From Dudresnaya verticillata (taxonomy: Eukaryota), in contig OZ374557.1 in the NCBI GenBank assembly GCA_977862235.1, forward strand, positions 2,666,001-2,730,000: a stretch of 64,000 nucleotides of DNA, given 5' to 3'. The notes under the pieces are model-generated. The model had not been told where the DNA came from. It saw only the letters and a list, made by a program, of their open reading frames with translations, and did no database searches. Every line of letters begins with the position of its first letter. Within the stretch, counting starts at the first letter, position 1. This document shows positions 1 to 10,612 of this stretch, piece after piece. Position numbers and translations under genes: made by a program.

Positions 1-1
1 C

Positions 2-250
2 GTGCCACAGCAAGCGGTTCTTCCGCAAGTGAGGGTCCCGTCGATGGACCCCTACCGCCCTGCGGCTCCCATAGGTGGAGGCGCAGTGGCGTACGGAGGC
101 TCGGCGCCTCCGCTTCACGCCGGGGGTCTGCCACCAGCGCCAGCGGCAACCACAACTGTGGTTGAGGGCAACATGCCCGCGGCGCCGGGGGCAGCGGGCT
201 CTGCGCCCGCTTTTCCCGGCGTGGGTCCTGGCGGCGAGGCCGCCCAATAG
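2..250 (+). CDS. C-terminal Pro/Gly/Ala-rich tail of the probable antisense ORF of E1
   Basis: ORF open from the window edge, antisense to and downstream of pol; same position and low-complexity tail as the antisense ORFs of E2/E3/E4. Confidence 0.5.
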   Translation: MPQQAVLPQVRVPSMDPYRPAAPIGGGAVAYGGSAPPLHAGGLPPAPAATTTVVEGNMPAAPGAAGSAPAFPGVGPGGEAAQ

Positions 251-369
251 TTATGCCGTAGTGGTTTATGCTGTAGAAGCATCCTAGTTCGAGGCGGTCG
301 ATCGCCTCGCTAGTTTTAAGACCACCTCTGCGTGTCTGGTTCATAAAAGGGCAAGGGGTGGGCGAAGAC

Positions 370-1340
370 TTCGGTCCGCGTCGACGCGTTTTCAACAGCT
401 GCGCCTTCGACCGCGCGGCTGCGTGCGAGCTATGCTCGCTGTAGCAGGTGGTGGGGCTTCGACGCCCCACCTCCTCATGGGTGCCATTGTGCCTGAACCA
501 CGTCGAAGCGGGTGGCGGTCCGCAGTGCTGGCGTCGACGCCACACAGGGGGCTGCCAGCGCGCGCAATGCCGCGTCGATGCGAAGCGTCGGCGCGGAGCG
601 GGAGCCCCTAGTGGTGGTGTTGCGGCTCCGCGCGCCGGAGGGGACCGCGTCGACGTGGTCCGATCCCCGGGAGTAGCCAAGAGCGTGGCGGCGGTTTGCG
701 CAGCCAACCCCTGGCCAGGGGCGTCGACGCCCCTGGATGAGTGGGCAGAGGCCCGGGGGTGTCGAACCCCATTGGGCGTGCCCAATTATTTGTGTTTTGG
801 CTACAGTAGACACTGTAGCCTGAACACAAATCTGCGCCTCTGCGCTTGTGGGGCGCACGCGTCCCAAATGTGGGTAGGCGCGCGCCTGTATTTGGCAGGG
901 GCCGGTCGTCTGCCGTGGTGCCCTCGGCCTTCCCATCGTCGAGGTGGTGGTGCCGCTCACGCGTCGAAGCGCAGCGGTTCAACTCGAAGGACGCCGGCCT
1001 TCTTGGCTCTGGGGCCCCACATCGACGTGGGGGCTGTGCGCGTTGGCACCCCGCCCGGCTAGGCGCCAGGGCGGTGGGTGTTGGCCGAAGATTACGCGCG
1101 GCTGCGGCGCGGCGTTGGTGAAGGGGGCGTCGACGCCTGCCCTTCGCCAATCTGCGTGCCGCTGCCACTTGACGTCGACGTCGGTGGCGCTTCGGCTGGG
1201 ATGGCTCAGTGGCTTCTCCAGCCGGGTCGCATCGAGTTTCAACGCTCGTTTTTGCCCGGGCTGCCGCGTGGCGGTGGAGAAGGGGGCGTCGACGCCTGCC
1301 CTTCTTCGCCACCTGTGCGCGGCTTCGCGGCGGCGTTGTT
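370..1340. repeat. Array of TCGA-centred inverted repeats/hairpins, including a ~60 bp direct repeat (1101-1160 and 1260-1320)
   Basis: Perfect 22-mer palindrome CCAGGGGCGTCGACGCCCCTGG 715-736; 14-mer 529-542; imperfect ones near 448, 642, 1012, 1117, 1275; 18/20 bp stem 788-831. Confidence 0.8.
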
Positions 1341-1729
1341 CAGACAACCCCTGACGGTGCGGGTTGTCTGACCGCGTAGCGGGACTTCGCTACTGCCGGG
1401 CGTCGAGCCGGTAGTGGCGAGGGGCGTCGTGCCCAGCGTCCCTGCGATGCGTAGTTCGCAGGGCACCCCTGCTCCTTGGCCTCTGCCATTGGCGCGGGGT
1501 GCTTTCGGCTTGGGCCGCCGGCGTAGGCAGCCGCAATGCATGCCCTTGCCGTGGGGCTTAGGCTCCACGTGTTCCCGTTGCTGGAAAAGGAAAAGGATGC
1601 CTGGATGAGGGTAATAACAGGAAAAGAATGCCTGAGGCAAAGAATGCCTGGGGCCCCCTCCTTAAGCACGAGGCGCCCCCGCCTATGGGGCGAGTGGAGG
1701 GGATGGGGCGTCGAGCCCAGAGCCCTTCC

Positions 1730-1885
1730 GATGCTTCTGCGCGCGGAAGTATTGGCTCACCATCTCCTCCGGCAAATGGGATCAGGTTCCCAAGTCGGCT
1801 TAGAGTAGCCGGTCCACTTGACCTGGAAGAGCAGCGTGCCGTCTTCGGCCGTACCATGGTCAAGTACCTTGTCCACCACGAACCG
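1730..1885 (-). pseudogene. Integrase chromodomain of E1, separated from pol by an in-frame TGA
   Basis: Reading through the stop at 1940 gives FVVDKVLDHGTAEDGTLLFQVKWTGYSKPTWEP. Confidence 0.85.
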
Positions 1886-1939
1886 CGGGCCGTCGACGGC
1901 CTTGGACGCGAGATCTTCGGCGGTGGGCAAGTACGCGCT

Positions 1940-4900
1940 TCAACGTGCGATGTCTTCCCGCAGAGGCGGGGGACAGAAGATGGCTCGGTCCGCTGCGATG
2001 CGTTCGACCAGGCCGTCTCTGTCGATAAACAACGTGCGCTCGTCGTTGAACAGCACGCGATAAGGCCCGATGGCCGGGCTCTGCAACTTCGGTGGTTTTG
2101 TCACCCCGTCTGTTGCGTCGATGAAGACATAGTCCCCGGCCTTGATGCGGGAGTTGACCTTCCGGACCCGTCGGTCAAAGTCCTTTTTGTAACGCCTCTG
2201 CGTTTTGGCCAGGGCGGCAGAAGCCAGGCCCATAGCGGTGTCTAACCGCTTGAGGAAGTCCGTTCGGACATCCTCACTAGGTTTCGGGCGGTCGACAGCC
2301 GAGTGAAACTTAGTAAATTCCGGCGGAGGCCGTGACAGCACTAAGCTGAATAGAGTCGTCCGCGTCGAGCGGTGCACGTGACAGTTGTAGGAATACGTCA
2401 ACGCAGAGGCGTATCGATCCCAATCGTTTTGGTGATCGTTGACGTAGTTCCTCAACATGGCCATGACGGTCCGGTTGTAGCGTTCAGCCTGCCCATTCGA
2501 CTGGGGGTGATACGCGGAGGTGAACACGTTGTTCAAACCCAAATACCGGCAGACGGCTTGGAAGAACTTCGATGTGAACTGCTTTCCGTTATCGGAAAGC
2601 AAGGACCTAGGGGGTCCGTAGTGGAAGACCCACTGTTCACAGAAGACAAATGCGACGTTGTAAGCCGTAATGGTGCGCAGAGGCGCGACTTGCGTCAGCT
2701 TAGTAAAGCGGTCCGTCATGACGACGAGGAATTTGCGACCAGACTTGGTCTTGGGCAAGGGGTCCAGTATGTCGATAGCGACGGATTCCAGCGGCCTGGT
2801 GGCCGGGAACAGCTTCAGTCTATGAAGGTGTCTTCGCAGTCGAATGCGGTTACGGGCACAGTGCCTGCAGTTTCTTACTGTCATGGCGATGCTGGCCGCC
2901 ATATGCGGCCAGTAGTAGGTCTCACGCAGGGAATAGAACATCTTGTTCTGCCCTGAGTGACCCGCGAGGAGGGAGTGGTGCGCGAGCGTGAGCAGCCGAG
3001 GCTGTAACGACTCGGGCACCACTATCTGGTCTAGCGAAGCTATGACCGGATAATGGCGGCATAGAAGCCCATCCCCGTCCTCATAAAAATGGCTATCCCG
3101 TCGACGGGACTGCCTGGCCAGTACGGTCTGGCAGAAGGAGTTGTGCCTCTGCGCGTCCACAAATTCCTCGACGGAAATAGGTGAAGGGAGCTTCACTGGC
3201 TCCACGGACGTCAAGTCCGATGGCTCGTCTCCCGCGTCGACGCGGAGGAGATCGAAGAGGTCGACGTCTTCGGTGTCGTCCCACGCCGCTTCGTCAGCCA
3301 AGTCCGGGGGTTCGTCTGCCGCGACCGTCTTGGGCGCGGTGCCGGTGATGCTTCCCCGGACTGGCTTCGAGACGGGCTGCGCTGGGGCCGGACGCGTAGA
3401 TGCGTTGGCCCGCGAGCGTGTGGTTACCAAGACGGGAGCCGCGGGTTCTGTACCCGAACGTGCCACCGGCGTCTCAGCCGAGGTCTCCCCTTGCGGGCGG
3501 TCGATCGCCGGTGGGTCAAAGGTAGGGACGTCGTCGTCAACCTCCTCCTGCTTCCGCTGGGGCCGAACCAAGCGGGACAGGGCATCCGGGACTTGGTGTA
3601 CCCGCCCGGGGTGGTACTTGATCTGGAAGTCGAATTCCGCGAGCCGCAGGCGCCACCGGGTCCGTCGACCCGAAGAGTCGGTCAGCAACATCAGCCATCG
3701 AAGCGCATCGTGATCGGTTCGAACCGTGAATCGCGTGCCTTCGATGTATGGCCGCAGGGTTGTGATCGACCACACCACTGCGAAGCGCTCACGCTCAGTG
3801 GCGGAGTAATTGCGCTCCGCCGAGTTGAGCGAGTAGGACCAGTACCCGACTGGGTGTAGCTGGCCGTCCTCCTGCTCCTGCAGTAGGGCGCATCCGAGCT
3901 GATAAGCCGATGCGTCCGTATCGAGGACGTAGGGTCTACCCGTCTTGGGGAGCCGTAGGATAGGGGGTGATATGAGCTTCGCTCTGAGCGTCTCATATGC
4001 CTCGAGCGCGTCGGCGCTTGGATTGTCGAAATCCACATCCGCGTCTTTGCGGGTCATGTTCGTCAGAGGACGCGCGATCTTCGCGAAGTTGCGCACGAAG
4101 CGGCGATAGACATTGCACGCGCCGAGGAACGACCTCACCTTAGTCAGGGAGGTCGGGAACTGCGCATGGCGGAAAGCGTCGCTGCTCGTCTGCGCCATGC
4201 GTAGCTTCCCCGGTCCGATGACGTGGCCTAGATAGCCAACGCGTGACTCAAAGAAGTGGCACTTCTTCAGTTTCAGGGATACTCCTGCCTTGTGCAACAG
4301 AGTCAGCACTTGGTCTAGATGACCAACGTGCTCCGCGATCGACCGCGAGAAAATGATCACATCGTCTAGATAGATCAGGCAACACTGCCATCGGACTCCG
4401 CTGAGGATGATGTCCAGTGTGCGCTGGAAAGTCGCGGGGGCGTTCTTCAGCCCAAAGGGCATTCGCAAGTAGCGAAACGTCCCTAAGAACGAAGTGAACG
4501 TGGTCTTATCCCTGTCAGCCTCTGCGACAGGGATTTGCCAGTACCCTGCGTTGCAGTCCAACGTCGAGAAGACGGCTGCGTCGCCTAGACTGTCGATGCA
4601 GTCGTCCATCCTCGGGAGGGGGTACGCATCACTTAGCGTTTTCGTGTTGAGACGTCGATAGTCCACGCAAAACCTAAGTGTGCCGTCCTTCTTGGGCGCC
4701 AGGAGTACTGGCGATGCCCATTCCGAGGTGGCGGGTTCGATAACCCCTGCACGAAGCATGTTATCCACCTCTTCCTGCACCAGCTTGCGCATGGCAGGGC
4801 CCTGTCGGTAGGGCATGGAGCGGATGCGGCGAGTGCCCCGTTCCACGTCGATGTGGTGTCGGGTGGCGGCAATAGTGCCCAGCCTCCCGTCCCACATGGA

Positions 4901-6265
4901 CTGATGCTTCCTGAGCATGGAGAGGACCTCCTTGCGGGTCACCTCGTCTTCGATAGACGAGAGATTGACCTGCGCCTCCCAGTCCTCGACGGACGGGTTG
5001 GCCTTCTCTGCGGCGGTAGCTGCGCCCTGCAGCTGGTGGGCGTCGGTGCTCTTCGCCGTCGACGGCGAGGTGGATGGTTCCCCGGCACCCTGATTGACCG
5101 GGGGCCTCTGCCCCCGTGGTGGTAGGGTGGTGATGTTTATCACCGGCCCAAACCCCTCCGCGACTTTGCGGTCCGGAGTTATCAGCGCCACCGGGTTCCT
5201 AACCGCGTAGCCGACAACGGTGCCCTTAGGCAGGGTCTGAGGCTTGTCGGTGAAGTTCCCGACGATGACCCTGAAGGGTCGCATCGACTGGACGTCGTGC
5301 ACCCCGTTGGTAAGTCTCACGCCGTGGCGGAACTGCAACGAGGGTTTGGGTTCGGTGTGGATCAGCCCACTTGCTCCTGAAGTCACGGAGACGAGCCTTT
5401 GAGAATAGGCTGGGAGCACCATCTGCCTAGAGAGGTGGATGGTGTGGGTGTCGTGATCCCAGTCGAGGAGCTCCCGCTGGTGCTTCCTCGACAAACCCGT
5501 CGACGGGTTCTTCGGCTTCGATGCCGGCTTGGGGTCCTCGGCAGGTCTACTGCGCTTGAGGAGGGGCACCGAGCCCCCGCGTCTGAGCGATAGGCGTTTC
5601 GATTCGACGTCGATGCCTCGCACGTGCGCATTGAGGAACTGCGTTCCCACCAGGACGTCGACGGCCAAGGTGTCGGCCACTATGAATGGCACGCGGAACG
5701 TCGTGTTCCCCAACCTCATCGAGAGGTGCGCTACCCCTGATACGCTCAGTGGGGTCTTATCAGCCCCGGCGAGGCGAGGAGTCGACTCCATCGCCGCCGC
5801 GTGCTGATCCCATCCGGACGGCGGCGCCCGCTTCGCGATGAGGTTGTACCCGGAACTGGTGTCCACCGCAATGGTGTGGGGTATCATAACCCCTGGGCCA
5901 GCGCCTAGCGACCCAGACACGCGATATATCTCCGAGGACAAGAGGCACACATACCCGTCTGGGGTAGTGGCCGGCTCCGCGTCGACGCAGGGAGCCATGG
6001 GACCTTCGCGTCGAGCGGAGGGTGCCTCGGGATCCGTCGACGGACCCCTATGCGCTCGGCGTCGTGCCTGTCGCTTGCGTCGACGCCGCGGGGGCCAAGG
6101 TGGCCTGGAGCGCGTGGCTTTCGACGGCTCGTCGCAAAGGGGCCCCTCAGCGCTGCTTGGCGAGGGGGTCCTTCGTTGGTTGGGACTCGACGTCCTGCCT
6201 GCCGTCGATGGCTTGACGGAGGATGGTGGGTCTGGGGTAGAGAGAGACGGTGCGCGCGACCGCAC
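1940..6265 (-). CDS. pol: E1 pol polyprotein (aspartic protease, RT, RNase H, integrase)
   Basis: AVDTSSG protease-like motif, LRFCVDYRRLN, YLDD, DTDAS/TDH RNase H, HHCC zinc finger, LSDNGKQF...GQAER integrase core. Confidence 0.97.
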   Translation of the reverse strand: MRSRAPSLSTPDPPSSVKPSTAGRTSSPNQRRTPSPSSAEGPLCDEPSKATRSRPPWPPRRRRKRQARRRAHRGPSTDPEAPSARREGPMAPCVDAEPATTPDGYVCLLSSEIYRVSGSLGAGPGVMIPHTIAVDTSSGYNLIAKRAPPSGWDQHAAAMESTPRLAGADKTPLSVSGVAHLSMRLGNTTFRVPFIVADTLAVDVLVGTQFLNAHVRGIDVESKRLSLRRGGSVPLLKRSRPAEDPKPASKPKNPSTGLSRKHQRELLDWDHDTHTIHLSRQMVLPAYSQRLVSVTSGASGLIHTEPKPSLQFRHGVRLTNGVHDVQSMRPFRVIVGNFTDKPQTLPKGTVVGYAVRNPVALITPDRKVAEGFGPVINITTLPPRGQRPPVNQGAGEPSTSPSTAKSTDAHQLQGAATAAEKANPSVEDWEAQVNLSSIEDEVTRKEVLSMLRKHQSMWDGRLGTIAATRHHIDVERGTRRIRSMPYRQGPAMRKLVQEEVDNMLRAGVIEPATSEWASPVLLAPKKDGTLRFCVDYRRLNTKTLSDAYPLPRMDDCIDSLGDAAVFSTLDCNAGYWQIPVAEADRDKTTFTSFLGTFRYLRMPFGLKNAPATFQRTLDIILSGVRWQCCLIYLDDVIIFSRSIAEHVGHLDQVLTLLHKAGVSLKLKKCHFFESRVGYLGHVIGPGKLRMAQTSSDAFRHAQFPTSLTKVRSFLGACNVYRRFVRNFAKIARPLTNMTRKDADVDFDNPSADALEAYETLRAKLISPPILRLPKTGRPYVLDTDASAYQLGCALLQEQEDGQLHPVGYWSYSLNSAERNYSATERERFAVVWSITTLRPYIEGTRFTVRTDHDALRWLMLLTDSSGRRTRWRLRLAEFDFQIKYHPGRVHQVPDALSRLVRPQRKQEEVDDDVPTFDPPAIDRPQGETSAETPVARSGTEPAAPVLVTTRSRANASTRPAPAQPVSKPVRGSITGTAPKTVAADEPPDLADEAAWDDTEDVDLFDLLRVDAGDEPSDLTSVEPVKLPSPISVEEFVDAQRHNSFCQTVLARQSRRRDSHFYEDGDGLLCRHYPVIASLDQIVVPESLQPRLLTLAHHSLLAGHSGQNKMFYSLRETYYWPHMAASIAMTVRNCRHCARNRIRLRRHLHRLKLFPATRPLESVAIDILDPLPKTKSGRKFLVVMTDRFTKLTQVAPLRTITAYNVAFVFCEQWVFHYGPPRSLLSDNGKQFTSKFFQAVCRYLGLNNVFTSAYHPQSNGQAERYNRTVMAMLRNYVNDHQNDWDRYASALTYSYNCHVHRSTRTTLFSLVLSRPPPEFTKFHSAVDRPKPSEDVRTDFLKRLDTAMGLASAALAKTQRRYKKDFDRRVRKVNSRIKAGDYVFIDATDGVTKPPKLQSPAIGPYRVLFNDERTLFIDRDGLVERIAADRAIFCPPPLREDIAR

Positions 6266-6279
6266 GAACGGCGTCGCCT

Positions 6280-8702
6280 TTACTCTTTTTCCGGTTCGAC
6301 CCGGTCAAAATTATTTTCGGAATCCGAGCTATCTTCCTCGGATCCCATTGGCTGGCTAGGGGCCGGGCCGGCACCTCGCGTCGATCGCGGCGGCGTGTCA
6401 AAGAGGAGCGGGGGCTGCTCAACCTGCCCCCGGGCGGACTCGCCCTTGCTCTGCGCGTCGAGCGCTCGCGGGAGCCACTCGTCGGCTGCTAGCCCGGTGT
6501 ACTCCTGCACGGTCATCACTGCCCGAAGCAGTTCGCGCTGCGGGTTGGGCCTCGAGGGCGTCGACACCCGAGGTTGGCGACCGGCTTGGTCTTCAAACCC
6601 GACCCGCTTGTCGCGAGTGAGGAACCGCGGGACATCTGCCCTTCGGTATTCGCGGCGCGGATCTCGACGATCCCCACGGTACTGTCGCGGCTCCCCGTGA
6701 TACCTTTGCGCGTCGAAGCGCTGCGGGGGACTCCTCGCGTCGAAGCGTTGGGCCCCACCCCGCTGCGCGTCGGAGCGTCTTGCGGGGTAACTTGCCTTGG
6801 CGCCTGCCGGCATGCGCTCGTCGATGAGCTGCTGCAAGTTGTTGCACACGTGCGGCTGCGTCTCCAGTCTATGGTTGCAGTTCGCATACGCGCAGTACAC
6901 TGCTGTTCCTTAGTCAGGAATGGGCACGAGTACATGATGTGCCCAAGTTCTCGGCAGAACCAGCAGATGTACCACCCCTGTCGATCAGGGGTGACAGCGC
7001 GGGCTATTGCCTCTTGCGCCGGTGTGAGCGGAGGGATCCTCCTCGGCAGGACGGCGTCGATGCGTCCTGAGATGTCGAGGGTCTCCTCGGCTTGCGCCGC
7101 CCCGGCTGTTGACAGCGCGGGCACGACCATGACGGGTTCGAAACGATCGTCATCGGGCGCCACCAACATCGTGCCGTCGAAGGCCGCTTCCCTATCGGGT
7201 GTGTGTGGCGCCTCGATAAGCAGTGTGCGGCCGCTTCGCGAACTGCTTCCCCTACCGCGCCCCGAAACGATGGCCGGCGTCGACGCCCTGGCCATGCGGG
7301 CGCTCTAGTAGGTTGTGCCCTCACTGTGGGCGATCCGAAGAACGGTACTGAAGTTGGTCTGCTCGACCATCGGCATCTGCCTTACCTTCTCCGCTACTGC
7401 GGGTCGGGTGGTCGGGAGCAGACCATGCAGGAATTGGTGCGTCAGGTTCTCGTCTTAGTAGACGCCGACACAGTCATCTGTGTAGCCCTCTAGACGAGAG
7501 GTGAACTCGAGTTCCGACTCGGCGTCCCGCTGCCGGGCGGTGGTCAGTCGGTCGTGCGCGTCGGCGATCACGTCGTCGGTGACGAACCTCTCGACGAGGG
7601 TATTGACCACCGAGGCCCAGCACGGGGTGGTGCCGCGACTAGTCGTCCGGACCCCCGAGAAAAGGTGACTCGAATACACCTGGGATGCCGTTCCGTCTAG
7701 GAACCAGGACACCACTCGCGCCGCTGCGCCTTCCGACAGGCCGACGCCGTTGAAGGCTTGTCGTAGCTGTCTAAGCACGCCAAGCAAGCGGATGGGCTCC
7801 TTGCCGTCGTAGCGATCTAGCCGCGGCATGAGAGCCTTCATCCAGCTGACAATCTTGGCGGTGTTGCCATTGCAGACTTGCTGCTGATTGTCCCGCTGTC
7901 TTATGTCGTCTAGACGATAGGAGCGGTAGTCGATCGCCTTTGCGAATTCGGGGACCAAGCTGCTCAGCGGCTCGACGCCCGGCATCAATGGCCCCCAGTG
8001 CCAGTAGGCCGACACGGGACCTTCGTGTGGTGAGGGGCTAGACGCCCCTCCAACTCCGCGCCCGTCGAGGGCGCGTTGTAGTAGCTTGGGGTCGACCCCG
8101 TAGAAGGGGTCGTCATCTCTTGTAGGGCGAGGAGACCCTTGCCCACTCCTAGGCGGAGAGGCCGGTGGAGAAAAGGGGTTTCGCTGAGCATGACGCTCAG
8201 CGAGGAGGGCTTTGGCCAGTTCGCGACCCGGATCCGCTTGAGACGGCGATCGCAGAGGACAGCTCCGCACCGGCAACGGGCTAGGCGCCCGTCGGTCATA
8301 CCGCGCCGGTGTGTGCTCAATCAACTCAACGCGTTGGCGTAGCTCGTCGAGGAGCCCTTGAGTTCGGGTTAATCCTTCCTCGACGGAGGCGAGAGTTCCG
8401 CGTCGAAGCGACTCCAGGTCACGTTGACCTTGTGCCCGCGCGTCTGCGATTGAGGCCATGAAGGTGTCGTACACTTCCGAAAGTGAGTCCATCGTCTCCT
8501 CGTAGAGTAGCTGGAGGTCGGTCGCAGGGACCGTTGTCCCTCCTAGGGCCCTGGCTATAGACGCCCTGCGCTCGATGCGCGGTTCCTCTAGGGGCGCTCC
8601 TGAGATGCCGACGTTACTCAGCAAGGAAGTGCGTCGACCGCCAACTTCACCTGCCGCGGCGTCTGCCGAACCGGCAGCGGCCGAAGTAGGTAGCGGCGGC
8701 AT
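6280..8702 (-). pseudogene. gag: E1 gag, disrupted (ORF pieces 7455-8702, 6516-7295, 6280-6900)
   Basis: CWFCRELGHIMYSC zinc knuckle; collinear similarity to E2 gag (WHWGPL..GVEP); lies between PBS and pol. Confidence 0.9.
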
Positions 8703-8752
8703 TCTTGGCCTCGATCGCGTCGACGCGAGAGGTAATAGGGTCTTCTGCGACT

Positions 8753-8769
8753 TCTAGGTCGGGAGACCA
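8753..8769 (-). promoter_or_regulatory. Primer binding site of E1 (TGGTCTCCCGACCTAGA)
   Basis: Starts with TGG 1 nt after the LTR-terminal CA; 16/17 identical to the E2 and E3 sites. Confidence 0.9.
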
Positions 8770-8770
8770 G

Positions 8771-9712
8771 TGTGGCATAGACGTCAGGTCGAACTGACGT
8801 CTAGCTGCGCTGGTCGATCAGTCAAACCCAGACCCGTCGAAGGGTCGTAGCTGTGGTGGTAGAGCGGGGGTGTCGGCCGCGCGCGCCGTCGACGGTCGCG
8901 GATCAACGGCGTCGAAGCCTGAGCGCGCACGGGGCGTACCGTACGCGGGCGGCAGCGGCCGGATCCCTGCGTCCCCGTCGTGGGGCGGCACGAAGCCGAC
9001 GGTAGGGAAAGGAAAAGGAAAGCCTAGACGGCTAGGGAAAGAGGGAAGCCGTAGAGCGAAGGACTGGGAAAGAAACCCAAAGCAGAAAGGGCAAGCCTGG
9101 CGTAGGCTGCCTTGCCTGGTTTACTCAAGCCCAGAGGGGCGACTACTAGATATACTACAGGGCCTGCGGCGGCACCAACCCGGGAGGTGCGCCGGCGCGC
9201 CCCAACACGCGTCGACGCGTACGAGTAACGGCAACCCGGGGGCGCGCGTGGGCGAAACGGTCCACACGTACGCAACGGCTCGACGCCGGAGTGCGCGCGC
9301 GCGTGTCACGCACTCAACGGCTCTGCGCCGGAGTGCGTGCGCGCCGCGTGCAGGACAGCAGGGCGTTCGACCGCCGCTTACACTTAGACAGTGCTGTACA
9401 CTACAAAACAATAAACGTAGAAATTACATGGGAGTTTCAGTGTCACACGTGTACGCGTGCGCACGCTGGCGCCCACTGCGCACTTCCTTACAGTTCAGCG
9501 GGGCTTCAGCGCCACCGGCTGACAGCGCGCGCACAGCAGTGCACACGTGGCGCAGCTGGTCTTACAGCTGCGCGCGACACTGCGCACTTCCTTACAGTTC
9601 AGCGGGGCTTCGGCGCCACCGGCTGACAGCGTGCGCACAGCAGTGCACACGTGTCGCAGCTGGTCTTACAGCTGCGCGTGCGTGGCACAGCTGGTCTTAC
9701 AGCTATGCCACA
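8771..9712 (-). repeat. 5' LTR of E1
   Basis: TG...CA ends with 10 bp terminal inverted repeat TGTGGCATAG/CTATGCCACA; abuts the PBS. Confidence 0.85.
9474..9705. repeat. 104 bp tandem duplication (about 2.2 copies) in U3 of the E1 LTR
   Basis: CACTGCGCACTTCCTTACAGTTCAGCGGGG starts at 9474 and 9578. Confidence 0.9.
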
Positions 9713-10612
9713 CGAACGCAATCATGCCGAGTGGCGGAGCAGGTGCTACGAGCCCCAGCGACGACAGGCGCAAGTGGCAGCGCGCAACACCGTCTCCGAC
9801 GTCACGACGTGCACTCGCCCCACGGCCAAGTCCCTGGGACCGCCACCCTGCCGGCCACGGTCTCGCGCGAAAGCACCCGTCGACCGTCTCCGATGTAACT
9901 CCCCGAAGCAGGGGCGCACCGACAAACCCACCCCCGAAGGGGGAACGGTGGTTGAAGAAGCAGTTGCTGTGGGTTCCGTGCACGACGCGCCAACAAATCG
10001 CTAACGACTCCACCGCTGCCAGCGGCCGCCGCGGTCGCGCGAGCGCGAGCGCGACCACTCTACCCTACCCCCAAGGAGGAACATCGAAGACGAAAGCGGC
10101 GCCACCGCCAAGGCGGCAACACCTACCGCACCGCCTTCGCCACCCTCGTCGAGGACGCCGAAAAACCACGCCCAAGGCGCAGTGCGACACATGCATTACA
10201 AAAACGCTAAGTAAGCGGAAATACGCCAACCGCCGCACGTGAAACACGAAGAACAACGCTACTACAGCGAACACTACCAGCCAAACAAGCCGAAGCGCAA
10301 CACCCGGTCAAGGCTAAAGGCATCAAACGCCAACGCTACCGTAGCGAGCAATCAAGAACACGACGCAAGGTCAAAGGGTATCACAGGTTACACCCTCAGG
10401 CCAACGCGAAACGCGACACGAAAAGACGCTGACAATGGCCGAAGTTTACTGGGCTCAAAAAAATGGGGACAACCCCTCGCCCTAGCGATCGACCACTACA
10501 GCTACATTAATCGTCAAAGACGAAGGGAATACCCCGCTCATCGGTCCCGCAAGGGAGCCGAATGGCAACACAATACGCACCCTCGCGTCCGCTATCCGTT
10601 CCTGAAACGAGA

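Larger units (their letters stand above)
1..9712 (-). mobile_element. Ty3/Gypsy LTR retrotransposon E1 (chromodomain integrase); 3' end lies outside the window
   Basis: 5' LTR 8771-9712, PBS 8753-8769, gag with CCHC knuckle, pol in PR-RT-RH-IN-chromo order. Confidence 0.95.

Noticed and set aside
423..2245. Many overlapping ORFs downstream of E1 pol
   Set aside because: Shadow ORFs of GC-rich hairpin DNA or antisense to the chromodomain
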